DNA of 64,000 nucleotides, taken from Terriglobia bacterium (GTDB taxonomy: Bacteria > Acidobacteriota > Terriglobia > JAIQFV01). Numbering within the stretch: the stretch's first letter is position 1; every line of letters begins with the position of its first letter. The DNA is taken from assembly GCA_020073085.1 (NCBI GenBank), contig JAIQFV010000009.1, forward strand, positions 60,162-124,161, written 5' to 3'. The position numbers were made by a program, and so were the translations under genes. The notes under the pieces are model-generated. The model worked only from the letters and a program-made list of their open reading frames with translations. It was not told the origin of the DNA and did no database searches. Positions 18,366-28,980 of this stretch are shown one piece after another.

Positions 18366-19985
18366 ATGAACATCTCGACGACAATGAATCCCAATCGCAC
18401 TAAACCCAAAGCTCTGATTGCCGACGACCAGACTGATGTCCTGGAAGCACTGCGGCTTTTGTTAAAGGGGGAAGGGTTTCACACGGAAACAGTCACTTCG
18501 CCCGCAGCGGTCATGACGGCCCTTCAAGACCAGAATTTTGACATCCTCCTGATGGATCTCAACTATGCCCGCGACACGACTTCCGGACAGGAAGGATTGA
18601 ACCTGCTTTCCCAGATTCGCGAACTCGATGCCACCCTTCCGGTCGTCGTGATGACCGCCTGGGGGACCATTGAGTTGGCGGTCGAAGCCATGCATCAAGG
18701 GGTTCAGGACTTTGTCCAAAAGCCCTGGGAAAACGAACGCCTGATGAGCATTCTTCGGACCCAGGTTGATCTCGGACGGTCGCGCCGCAAGCTACTTCAC
18801 CTGAAAACTGCAACTAAGAGTCTGGGCGAAAAAATCCGGGAGGTCTCCGAACTCAAACCCCTCATGGAGATTGTCTCTGCACACCTTCAAAGCGCTTTGG
18901 AGAGCGAGTCCATTGTGGTCTTCACACGCGCGCCCCATGAGCCAGCCTTCACGGTGGCTTCTTCCGTAGGTTTTCCGGAGGACGATATCGGCCGCTTAAG
19001 ATTTGACCTCAGCAGCCCGATCTTTGAGCTCCTCGAGGACCTGGTCCGGGTCGAAGGACAGGACTTCCCTTCCCACGAGAAATCCAAGCTGGAAGAGATG
19101 AAGGCCGCCCTCCTTGTCCCGGTTCGAATGGAAGGGACCCTCGTGGCTTTCCTTACCGTGGGATGTAAGAGAACGGGCCAGAGATACGATGAGCAGGACA
19201 GCAAGTTTTTGTCCACCATCGCAGGGCAAGTCGCCGCGGCCGTCAACCACTTGCGCTGGCAGGAGCAGGAGCGAGAGTTCAAGGAAGCCCGGGAGATCCA
19301 GCAGGGGTTGTTGCCCAAGGAGATCCCTCAGATCGCGGGATTTGAAATATCCGGGGCGTGGCAGCCCGCGCGCGCGGTGGGGGGAGATTATTATGATGTT
19401 TTCAAACTCAGCGACACGCAGATCGCCCTCTGCATCGCCGACGTGGTGGGTAAGGGAATGCCTGCGGCCTTGCTGATGTCCAATGTCCAGGCCGCTGTCA
19501 AAGCCTTTGCTTCGGAATTTGTTTCACCGAAGGAATTGTGCGCCAAGGTGAATCGCGTGATCAGCGGCAATATCGCCCCGGAGAGGTTTATCACGTCTTT
19601 TTACTGCGTCCTATATGCCCGGTCAAAGAAACTCGTATATACCAATGCGGGACACAACGCCCCGATGCTGGTGCGTCGCGACGGCTCGCTTTCCCGTCTG
19701 ACCAGAGGGGGCGCGGTGCTGGGGGTGTTTCGCGATGGCCACTACCAGGAGGCGGAGGTGGAGTTGATCTCCGGCGATCGCCTCATTTTGTTCACCGATG
19801 GGGTGACCGAATTGACCAACCCGGAGGGTGACGAATTCGGAGAAGATCGGCTCATTGAACTGGTGCGTGCAAATCTTCATTTGGGCGCCGATGAGCTGCA
19901 GCAGAAGGTAATGAACGCCATCGTGGAATTCAGCGGCGGAGAATTTCAAGACGATGCCACCATGCTGGTGCTGGCGGTGGAGTGA
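18366..19985 (+). CDS. Response regulator with a receiver domain and a PP2C-type (SpoIIE/RsbU-like) phosphatase output
   Basis: The N-terminal receiver has ALIADDQ..LLMDLNY..VVVMTAWG. The C-terminal PP2C region has GAWQPARAVGGDYYDVF, CIADVVGKGMPAALLMS and LFTDGVTE. Confidence 0.8.
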   Translation: MNISTTMNPNRTKPKALIADDQTDVLEALRLLLKGEGFHTETVTSPAAVMTALQDQNFDILLMDLNYARDTTSGQEGLNLLSQIRELDATLPVVVMTAWGTIELAVEAMHQGVQDFVQKPWENERLMSILRTQVDLGRSRRKLLHLKTATKSLGEKIREVSELKPLMEIVSAHLQSALESESIVVFTRAPHEPAFTVASSVGFPEDDIGRLRFDLSSPIFELLEDLVRVEGQDFPSHEKSKLEEMKAALLVPVRMEGTLVAFLTVGCKRTGQRYDEQDSKFLSTIAGQVAAAVNHLRWQEQEREFKEAREIQQGLLPKEIPQIAGFEISGAWQPARAVGGDYYDVFKLSDTQIALCIADVVGKGMPAALLMSNVQAAVKAFASEFVSPKELCAKVNRVISGNIAPERFITSFYCVLYARSKKLVYTNAGHNAPMLVRRDGSLSRLTRGGAVLGVFRDGHYQEAEVELISGDRLILFTDGVTELTNPEGDEFGEDRLIELVRANLHLGADELQQKVMNAIVEFSGGEFQDDATMLVLAVE

Positions 19986-19987
19986 GG

Positions 19988-20178
19988 AGCAGCTGTCAGT
20001 GGTCAGCAACCGGCCGTAACCGATCAGCTATCGGCTGTCAGGTATGAGTAGAGCAAAACATGTCAAAAGACTTAATCACTTCGTTGATCTGATCATCTCA
20101 ATCTGATGCTATCTGAGAGTCAAATGCTGACAGCTTATTACTCGCAACCGACCACTGACCACTGGCCACTGACAACTT
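19988..20178. repeat. Heptad-armed palindromic element, C class (CAGCTAT/CAGCGAT arms), carrying a micro-ORF
   Basis: The arms are gcagctgtcagtggtcagc..gatcagctatcggctgtcagg ... gctgacagc..accactgaccactggccactgacaac. Confidence 0.6.
20044..20106 (+). CDS. Candidate micro-ORF, family A (MSRAKHVKRLNHFVDLIISI, 20 aa)
   Basis: Its N-terminal 9 aa and most of its nucleotides are shared with the 26-aa copies at 26109, 22815(-) and 25530(-). It appears to be a shortened or degenerate member. Confidence 0.3.
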   Translation: MSRAKHVKRLNHFVDLIISI

Positions 20179-20188
20179 TCTGGAGACG

Positions 20189-22694
<2,506 letters not shown>

Positions 22695-22696
<2 letters not shown>

Positions 22697-22902
22697 GTGT
22701 CGGGTGTCGGCAAGCAGCCGTCAGCATTCAGCTATCAGCCATCAGGTGAAATTGGATTCATATGATTGGACTCAACGAGCTGTTCTCGTCTTTTGACATC
22801 TTTCACTCTAATCATAGCTGCCTGCTGATAGCTGATCGCTAACGGCTAATCACTGACAACTGAGAACTGACAACTGCTTGCTGACACCTGGCACCCGACA
22901 CC
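22695..22902. repeat. Composite nested palindrome with G-class outer arms, C-class inner arms and one Q-class right arm, carrying a micro-ORF
   Basis: From the outside in: gtgtcgggtgtcgg then cagccgtcagcattcagctatcagccatcagg, then the core, then ctgatagctgatcgctaacggctaatcactg, then gacaactgagaactgacaactg, and finally ctgacacctggcacccgacacc. Confidence 0.6.
22735..22815 (-). CDS. Candidate micro-ORF, family A (MIRVKDVKRREQLVESNHMNPISPDG, 26 aa)
   Basis: 81 nt, exactly the same length as the copies at 26109-26189 and 25450-25530. The differences between copies are mostly synonymous or conservative (I/V, R/K, ccg/cca/cct Pro). Confidence 0.4.
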   Translation of the reverse strand: MIRVKDVKRREQLVESNHMNPISPDG

Positions 22903-22916
22903 TTCTGGAGGTTAAG

Positions 22917-25352
22917 ATGGAAACCATATTCCAGGATCTTCGCTACGGCTTCCGGATGCTGCTGAAGAATCCCGGCTTCACCGCTGTGGGCATTTTGACG
23001 CTGGCGCTTGGGATTGGCGCCAACACGGCAATCTTCAGTGTCGCGGATGCATTCCTGCTGAAGCCGCTTTCGATCCCCAACGAAAATCGCCTGGTGGTCG
23101 CTCTTGAAGTGGGGCCGAATCAGAGAGGCGATGATACCTCCAGTGTCTCTCCTGCCAACTTTGAGGACTGGAAGAGGCAGGCCAAAGCCTACGAAGCCAT
23201 GGCCGCTTATGATTGGGCGAATGTCAATCTGACCGGTCAGGGGGAGCCCGAGAAGGTCCAGGGATTCGAAGTCACCTCAAATTTCTTCGGGGTCGTGGGT
23301 ATCCAGCCCACTCTGGGCCGGGTTTTCCTTCCCGAGGAGGAAAACCGCGGACATGAACAGGTGGTGATTCTCAGTCATGGCCTGTGGCAACGCCGGTATG
23401 CTTCAGACGCCAACATTGTTGGTAAGAACGTGACGGTTGACGGAAGCACCTTTGAGGTCGTCGGAGTCATGCCCGCGGGGTTCAACTTCCCCACCACCGC
23501 GGAGTTGTGGATGCCGCTCGCACTGGACTCAGCGGCCCGCAGCGTTCGAAACTCACACTACCTGTTTGCCCTAGGTCTGCTCAAACCCGGGATGTCCACC
23601 TCCTCCGCACGAGCCGAATTGAAGACGCTTGCAGCGCAGTTGGCCCAGGCTTACCCGACCACCAACAAGGGTTGGTCAGTTCGTGTCACGTCCATGCGGG
23701 ATTTTGTGACCCAGGACTTAACGCGCCAGTACACCCTGATGTCCGTGGTGGCAGTCGCCTTTGTGCTCCTGATCGCCTGTGCCAACGTCGCCAATCTCCA
23801 GTTCGCCCGGGCCACGAGCCGCCAGAGAGAGATGGCCGTGCGGGTGTCCCTGGGCGCAGGCCGCTGGCGGATCATGCGGCAGCTCTTGACAGAAAGCATT
23901 GCGGTGTCCTTGCTGGGAGCGGCACTCAGCTTGCTTTGGGCCCAATGGGCCATCGAACTTATCCTGGCACACATGCCTCCGGAGACCGCCAAATTTATCC
24001 CCGCCTGGAATCATATCCGCCTGGATTACCGGGCCTTCTTATACACTTTGACCCTGGCCCTGCTGACCGGGATCCTCTCCGGGTTGATCCCTGCTTTTCA
24101 GAGCTCAAAGCCGGACCTGAACGAAGCCCTAAAGGAAGGCGGGCGCAGTGCATCGGCCGGCCAATCGAAACATCGTCTGCGAAGTTTCCTGGTCATGGCT
24201 GAAGTGGCGTTGGCCCTGATTCTGTTGGTGGGATCCGGATTGATGGTGAAGAGCTTTAGAGCCCTGCTGAATCTGAACCAGGGACTTGACCCGAACAATG
24301 TCCTCACCCTCCGCGTCAATCTCCCCCCGGGCAAGTACAAGACGCCGCCGCAAAGGGCGGCCTTCTATGACCAGGTGCTGCAGAATCTGAAAATGATCCC
24401 CGGATTCGAAGCTGCTGCCACTGCAACCAATATCCCCTATGGGGATTATGGGAGCAACGCGCTCATCAGCGTGGAGGGCAAGCCCTCAGTGAATTCCTCG
24501 GACCTCCGCTCGGCCACGAACCAGGTCATTAGCCCCGACTATTTTCGAATGATGCACATTCCGCTGCGAGCAGGGCGCGAGCTCACCGGCCAGGACGGGA
24601 AAGATTCTCCACCCGTGGCGGTGGTGAGCGAGTTGCTGGCGCGCCGGAACTGGCCCAATCAAGACCCGATCGGCAAACGAGTGAAGTTGGGGCTCGAAAA
24701 CAGCAGCTACCCCTGGATGACCGTGGTGGGCGTGGTCGGCGACGTCAAATATGACTGGAGCGAGCGGGATCCGAAACCCGCCCTCTATCATCCATTTCAA
24801 CAAGCTCCCTCGCTGAACTCTTACGTGGCGATCCGCTCCCAGGGTGATCCCAGGCAGTTCATCTCGGCGGTGCGAGACGCGATTGCCCGGGTCGATCCCC
24901 AACAACCCCTCTCCGACATTAAAACGTTGGACAAGGTGATCTCAGATTCCACGGTCGGCATTGCCTATGTTGCCGTCATCATGAGCGTCCTGGCAGTCAT
25001 CGCGTTGATTCTTTCGACCGTGGGCGTCTTCGGGGTGGTGTCTTATCAGGTGACGGAGCGAATCCATGAAATCGGAATCCGCATGGCCCTCGGCGCCAAC
25101 CCGCGCGATGTGCTGGGGATGGTTGTTGCCCGCGGAGCCTGGTTAACATTCGTCGGCTTGGGAGTTGGACTCGTTCTCTCGATCGGCCTGGCGCGCCTGT
25201 TGGCCAGCCTGATCTTTGGAATCGAGGCGATGGATTGGCTCACCTTCGGAAGTGTTTCTGTGACACTCGCCCTGGCCGCCCTGCTGGCCAGTTATCTCCC
25301 CGCTCGGCGCGCCACCCGGGTGGATCCGGTGGTCGCGCTGCGGCATGAATGA
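22917..25352 (+). CDS. ABC transporter permease, duplicated FtsX (ADOP family)
   Basis: Starts at the METIFQDLRYGFRMLLKNPGFT methionine. The upstream in-frame Met at 22878 lies inside the repeat. The C-terminus ends PARRATRVDPVVALRHE. Confidence 0.9.
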   Translation: METIFQDLRYGFRMLLKNPGFTAVGILTLALGIGANTAIFSVADAFLLKPLSIPNENRLVVALEVGPNQRGDDTSSVSPANFEDWKRQAKAYEAMAAYDWANVNLTGQGEPEKVQGFEVTSNFFGVVGIQPTLGRVFLPEEENRGHEQVVILSHGLWQRRYASDANIVGKNVTVDGSTFEVVGVMPAGFNFPTTAELWMPLALDSAARSVRNSHYLFALGLLKPGMSTSSARAELKTLAAQLAQAYPTTNKGWSVRVTSMRDFVTQDLTRQYTLMSVVAVAFVLLIACANVANLQFARATSRQREMAVRVSLGAGRWRIMRQLLTESIAVSLLGAALSLLWAQWAIELILAHMPPETAKFIPAWNHIRLDYRAFLYTLTLALLTGILSGLIPAFQSSKPDLNEALKEGGRSASAGQSKHRLRSFLVMAEVALALILLVGSGLMVKSFRALLNLNQGLDPNNVLTLRVNLPPGKYKTPPQRAAFYDQVLQNLKMIPGFEAAATATNIPYGDYGSNALISVEGKPSVNSSDLRSATNQVISPDYFRMMHIPLRAGRELTGQDGKDSPPVAVVSELLARRNWPNQDPIGKRVKLGLENSSYPWMTVVGVVGDVKYDWSERDPKPALYHPFQQAPSLNSYVAIRSQGDPRQFISAVRDAIARVDPQQPLSDIKTLDKVISDSTVGIAYVAVIMSVLAVIALILSTVGVFGVVSYQVTERIHEIGIRMALGANPRDVLGMVVARGAWLTFVGLGVGLVLSIGLARLLASLIFGIEAMDWLTFGSVSVTLALAALLASYLPARRATRVDPVVALRHE

Positions 25353-25593
25353 CAGTTGCCAGCAAGCAGTTGCCAGTTGTCAGTTCTCAGTTCTCAGTTG
25401 ACAATCGCAAGAGGTTAGTGCTCAGCTATCAGTTTTCTGCAATCAGCGATCAGCCTTCAGCTGAAATAGGATTCAATGGACCGGGAGTAATGAAACATTC
25501 GAATCTCTTGATATGTTTGACCTCAATCATAGCTGACTGCTGAGAGCTGATCGCTGACGGCTGGTTGCTGGCAACTGACAACTGGCAACTATC
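25351..25593. repeat. Composite nested palindrome with Q-class outer arms and C-class inner arms, carrying a micro-ORF
   Basis: The outer arms are cagttgccagcaagcagttgccagttgtcagttctcagttctcagttg ... ggttgctggcaactgacaactggcaact. The inner arms are cagctatcag..cagcgatcagccttcagctg ... agctgactgctgagagctgatcgctgacgg. Confidence 0.6.
25450..25530 (-). CDS. Candidate micro-ORF, family A (MIEVKHIKRFECFITPGPLNPISAEG, 26 aa)
   Basis: 81 nt. The peptide is conserved with the copies at 26109 and 22815(-) through synonymous and conservative codon changes. Confidence 0.4.
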   Translation of the reverse strand: MIEVKHIKRFECFITPGPLNPISAEG

Positions 25594-25614
25594 TTTCAGA
25601 TCGGAGATTCCTCG

Positions 25615-26019
25615 ATGCCATCCTCTCGCGAGATCGGATATGCTCTGTTGCGAGTGACCTTGGGTGTCCTGTTTGCGACCTACGGGATCGGAAAATTCCG
25701 GATGGGGGTCGGCAACTTTGCCGGCATGATGGAAAAAGAGTTCACCGGGAAACTCCCGATGGTCATGGTCTCGCCGTTCGGTTATCTAGTACCGTTCGCT
25801 GAACTGCTGGTCGGTGTCCTGCTGACCTTCGGGCTTTTCACCCTTCTCGCGCTCACCCTGGCCGGGCTGCTCATGATTGCACTGACCTTCGGGATGGCCC
25901 TCTTGGGGCAGGCTCCCGTTGTCGCGCAAAACCTCACTTACGTCCTGGCGATTTTTGTTCTTTTGTGGACCGCGGAAAATAATGGATATTCATTGGATCG
26001 ACTGCGGCAGGGTAGGTAA
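25615..26019 (+). CDS. DoxX-family membrane protein
   Basis: 134 aa. Begins YALLRVTLGVLFATYGIGKF. Four predicted TM helices. Confidence 0.7.
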   Translation: MPSSREIGYALLRVTLGVLFATYGIGKFRMGVGNFAGMMEKEFTGKLPMVMVSPFGYLVPFAELLVGVLLTFGLFTLLALTLAGLLMIALTFGMALLGQAPVVAQNLTYVLAIFVLLWTAENNGYSLDRLRQGR

Positions 26020-26023
26020 CACT

Positions 26024-26244
26024 TGTCAGTTGTCAGTTGCCAGAAATAAGTTGCCAGGTCTCACTTGCCATCAAGGAGCTGTCAGCGATCGGCCATCAGC
26101 AGTCAGCTATGATTAGAGTGAGACACATCAAACAATATGAGGACTTCATTGATTCCAGTCACTTGAATCCGATTCCAGCTTATGGCTGATAGCTGAATGC
26201 TGACAGCTCTTTACTGGCAACTGACAACTGAGAACTGACAACTG
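26024..26244. repeat. Composite nested palindrome with Q-class outer arms and C-class inner arms, carrying a micro-ORF
   Basis: The outer arms are tgtcagttgtcagttgccag..gttgccag ... ctggcaactgacaactgagaactgacaactg. The inner arms are gctgtcagcgatcggccatcagcagtcagct ... ggctgatagctgaatgctgacagc. Confidence 0.6.
26109..26189 (+). CDS. Candidate micro-ORF, family A (MIRVRHIKQYEDFIDSSHLNPIPAYG, 26 aa)
   Basis: The start codon is the last heptad of the left C-arm (cagctATG). The stop TGA lies inside the right arm (ggcTGAtagctg). Confidence 0.4.
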   Translation: MIRVRHIKQYEDFIDSSHLNPIPAYG

Positions 26245-26269
26245 TATTTCCAACTTCACCCCCGGGGGA

Positions 26270-26938
26270 ATGATGATCAAACTCGTTGATTTGGAGAAGT
26301 TCTACGCTCATGGTGTTTCAAAGACCTTTGTGCTGCGGCGCGTGAGTTTTGATGTCCAGGAGGGAGAGTTCGTATCGATTATGGGCCCGTCGGGTGCAGG
26401 CAAATCCACGGTGCTCCATATCCTGGGGATGTACGACAGCGACTGGAGCGGCGAGTTCTATTTCCTCGACCAGCCGATTCACAAACTCGACAGGAAGAAA
26501 CGGGCGGAATTCAACAAGAAGTATGTCGGCTTCGTTTTTCAAAGCTACCACCTGCTGGACAACCTGACGGTCTATGAAAACCTCGAGATCCCCCTCTCGT
26601 ACCGGGACGTCAAGAAGAGTCAGCGAGAGAGCATTGTGTGCGATGTCCTGGATCGATTTCAAATTGTGGGCAAGAAGGATCTCTTTCCAAACCAGCTCTC
26701 CGGGGGACAGCAGCAGTTGGTGGCCGTCGCCCGAGCCGTGATCGCCAACCCCAAAGTCATTCTCGCCGACGAACCCACGGGGAACCTGCACTCCAGCCAG
26801 GGCGAGGAGATCATGGAGCTCTTCAAGAAGCTGAACGCCGAGGGGGCCACCATCATACAGGTCACTCATTCCGACAAGAATGCTTCTTACGGCAGCCGCA
26901 TCATCAAGCTCCGCGACGGATGGGTCGTGAATGATTAG
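26270..26938 (+). CDS. ABC transporter ATP-binding protein, MacB/LolD type
   Basis: Contains a Walker A (GPSGAGKSTVLHILG), the signature LSGGQQQLVAVARAV and a Walker B ([11 protein letters not shown]). Confidence 0.9.
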   Translation: MMIKLVDLEKFYAHGVSKTFVLRRVSFDVQEGEFVSIMGPSGAGKSTVLHILGMYDSDWSGEFYFLDQPIHKLDRKKRAEFNKKYVGFVFQSYHLLDNLTVYENLEIPLSYRDVKKSQRESIVCDVLDRFQIVGKKDLFPNQLSGGQQQLVAVARAVIANPKVILADEPTGNLHSSQGEEIMELFKKLNAEGATIIQVTHSDKNASYGSRIIKLRDGWVVND

Positions 26939-26949
26939 CGTTCCTGCCC

Positions 26950-27385
26950 CGGGTGCCACAGGCATCATGCTTGGGTGCCGCAGGCATCGTGCTCTTTACG
27001 ATGCCTGCGCCAGGTTCCCGATAAGAACACTGGCTGTTCCCGCAACGTCCCTGAAACGACAGATGGGGTGCCGCAGGTATCGTGTTCTTTACGATGCCTG
27101 CGCCAGGTTCCCGATGAGATCACGGGCTGTTCCCGCAACGTCCCTGAAACGACAGATGGGTGCCGCAAGTATCGTGCTCTTTACGATGCCTGCGCCAGGT
27201 TCCCGATGAGATCACGGGCCGTTCCCGCAACGTCCCTGAAACGACAGATGGGTGCCGCAGGCATCATGCTCTTTACGATGCCTGCGCCAGGTTCCCGATG
27301 AGATCACTGGCTGTTCCCGCAACGTCCCTGAAACGACAGATGGGGTGCCGCGGGCATCGTGCTCTTTACGATGCCTGCGCTGGAA
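26950..27385. repeat. Tandem direct repeat with a 92-bp unit, about 4.6 copies, each holding an internal 11-bp hairpin
   Basis: The unit is ggtgccgcaggcatcgtgctctttacgatgcctgcgccaggttcccgatgagatcacgggctgttcccgcaacgtccctgaaacgacagatgg. Copies differ by only a few SNPs. Each has the stem gcaggcatcgt / acgatgcctgc. Confidence 0.85.
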
Positions 27386-27524
27386 CCCTGTTCTAGCACG
27401 CCCTGATGGCCTCGCCCCGATCCATCGGGGCGGGGGCCTTTACGAGCGGATCGAAGAGATTGAGCTCTGAGCCTCAGCAGTCTTTTCATTCTTCAAATGT
27501 CTTGATGTTCGGACCCTGCCGGTT

Positions 27525-27917
27525 TTATGCTCCCGGCATGCAATTCTTCAAATACTCTTTTATTCTCTCCTTGTCCTCAATTTCCTGATCCCCTTTGAAA
27601 TACATCTCGATAAACTCGACTTTTAAGATTTCCCGGTAAAACGCGTAAATCACTCTGAGACCGCTCTTTGAACCGCGCCCTTTTAATGCTCTGCAGGCAA
27701 ATTTCTTCAGCTTGTAAATCTCAACTGCCTCAGTGCCGAATCCTTGGACTCGAAAGACACTTTGGTTGTCAATGTCCTTGAGATGGTAAAGCTCGATGGC
27801 GTCCCGCTTCGCGGTCTGCAAGTCAGACTCGAGGGTTCTGAATCTCTTGAGTAATTTCCTGAAGTCCTTTGTGAAGGAAGCCGTCTCGCAGTAGTCAATC
27901 CTCGTCGGAGGTTCCAT
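27525..27917 (-). CDS. RelE/ParE-fold toxin candidate, partner of the Panacea-domain antitoxin
   Basis: The C-terminal region reads GLRVIYAFYREILKVEFIEMYFKGDQE, which resembles the RelE core (yRiiYrvd..v.vl.ighRkd). It overlaps the upstream antitoxin stop by 23 nt. The start is taken as the internal Met (MEPPTRIDYCETASF...). Confidence 0.55.
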   Translation of the reverse strand: MEPPTRIDYCETASFTKDFRKLLKRFRTLESDLQTAKRDAIELYHLKDIDNQSVFRVQGFGTEAVEIYKLKKFACRALKGRGSKSGLRVIYAFYREILKVEFIEMYFKGDQEIEDKERIKEYLKNCMPGA

Positions 27918-28683
27918 AGTCACGGACTGAAGTGTCAGCAGTTCGATAAAATACCGACTCGTAATCCAACTTTTTTCCTGATTGGGCGCTAATCCAGGGG
28001 ACATCTTTGTGGGAGAGATCAGAGAGAGCCGTGGCTGTCAGATCCGAAAGGCGCCGCATTTCCCAGTCAATATGCTCCTTTTCCTGGCCGTTTAGAATAC
28101 TCAAATCGGGCACTGTCGCCGGATTGACCAGGTACTTTGTCTGGGGGTATTGATAAAATTTACTCTTGACCGGTTCCACATCGCCTTTCTTCACGAGTTC
28201 GTCAATCAGCTTATCAAAGAGAAGCGGCGTAGGGCCATGTTGGTTCTTCAGGTAGACCAAACCCATTAATTGCTCTTCATGTTTCTCGTAATAATCAAAA
28301 TCAATGAAATAGAGCAGCTTGTACAGGGCGGTCATACCAATGTTCGGCTTGCCACCGACTTCTTTGAGGATATAGAGCAGGACCTGCTTGAATTTGTCCA
28401 TCCTCTCCTGCGGGACACTGATTCTGAACTCTTCTCTTCGCTTTCTTGGCTGAATCTTACCTTTCTCAACTCTTACGGTGACATGAGGTTCCTCTTCCCG
28501 TATGAAACTTTCAAATGGGATGCCAAAAACCTCCGCCAGTTTCCTTGCCTCCGACAGATTCAACTCCCGCTTACCTTGCTCAATCTGGACATATGTCGGT
28601 CGCGACATTCTGACTTCTGACGCCAAATATTCCTGCGTCAGCTTGCGCTTCTCACGCAATTTTCGAATAAATTCTGAGAGCAT
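27895..28683 (-). CDS. Antitoxin candidate with an N-terminal HTH-XRE domain and a C-terminal DUF4065 (Panacea) domain
   Basis: The N-terminus has LREKRKLTQEYLASEVRMSRPTYVQIEQGKRELNLSEARKLAEVFGI, a Cro/C1-type HTH. The C-terminus has KLLYFIDFDYYEKHEEQLMGLVYLKNQHGPTP, typical of DUF4065. Confidence 0.65.
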   Translation of the reverse strand: MLSEFIRKLREKRKLTQEYLASEVRMSRPTYVQIEQGKRELNLSEARKLAEVFGIPFESFIREEEPHVTVRVEKGKIQPRKRREEFRISVPQERMDKFKQVLLYILKEVGGKPNIGMTALYKLLYFIDFDYYEKHEEQLMGLVYLKNQHGPTPLLFDKLIDELVKKGDVEPVKSKFYQYPQTKYLVNPATVPDLSILNGQEKEHIDWEMRRLSDLTATALSDLSHKDVPWISAQSGKKLDYESVFYRTADTSVRDYGTSDED

Positions 28684-28746
28684 AATTGTTCACCTGCCTA
28701 CTATCTGAAGTCCCACGCCAGCTCCGTCTAATTCTCAACTGTTGCA

Positions 28747-28775
28747 ATTATATTCTGTGTCAATATATTTATCAA
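28747..28775 (-). promoter_or_regulatory. Sigma-70-like promoter for the antitoxin-toxin operon
   Basis: On the minus strand: TTGATA, then 17 nt, then TATAAT. It lies about 60 nt upstream of the antitoxin ATG in an AT-rich leader. Confidence 0.45.
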
Positions 28776-28880
28776 TTATAATGTAAAGAATACGGACAGT
28801 CGATCTTGCCTGTGACAGCGCAAAATCATACCCCCGTGATAACGCAAATGTCCCCCATCCCCCATCCCTGAATGGGATGC

Positions 28881-28918
28881 CTTCAAAAGCCCAGGGTTGC
28901 GTTCTGTGCAACCCTGGG
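28881..28918 (-). terminator. Rho-independent terminator candidate
   Basis: The stem cccagggttgc / gcaaccctggg has a 7-nt loop. On the minus strand it is followed by CTTTTGAAGG, directly downstream of the DUF433 gene end. Confidence 0.5.
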
Positions 28919-28980
28919 TACCGGAGCCTTTATTAATTTAAATTAACAGAGAACAATGGGATCAAGCTGCTCGGAGGTGG

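Noticed and set aside
26950-27385. Possible CRISPR array (regular hairpin-containing repeats)
   Set aside because: The segments between the hairpins are themselves repeated almost identically, so there are no unique spacers. There are no cas genes in the window. It is better described as a 92-bp tandem repeat.
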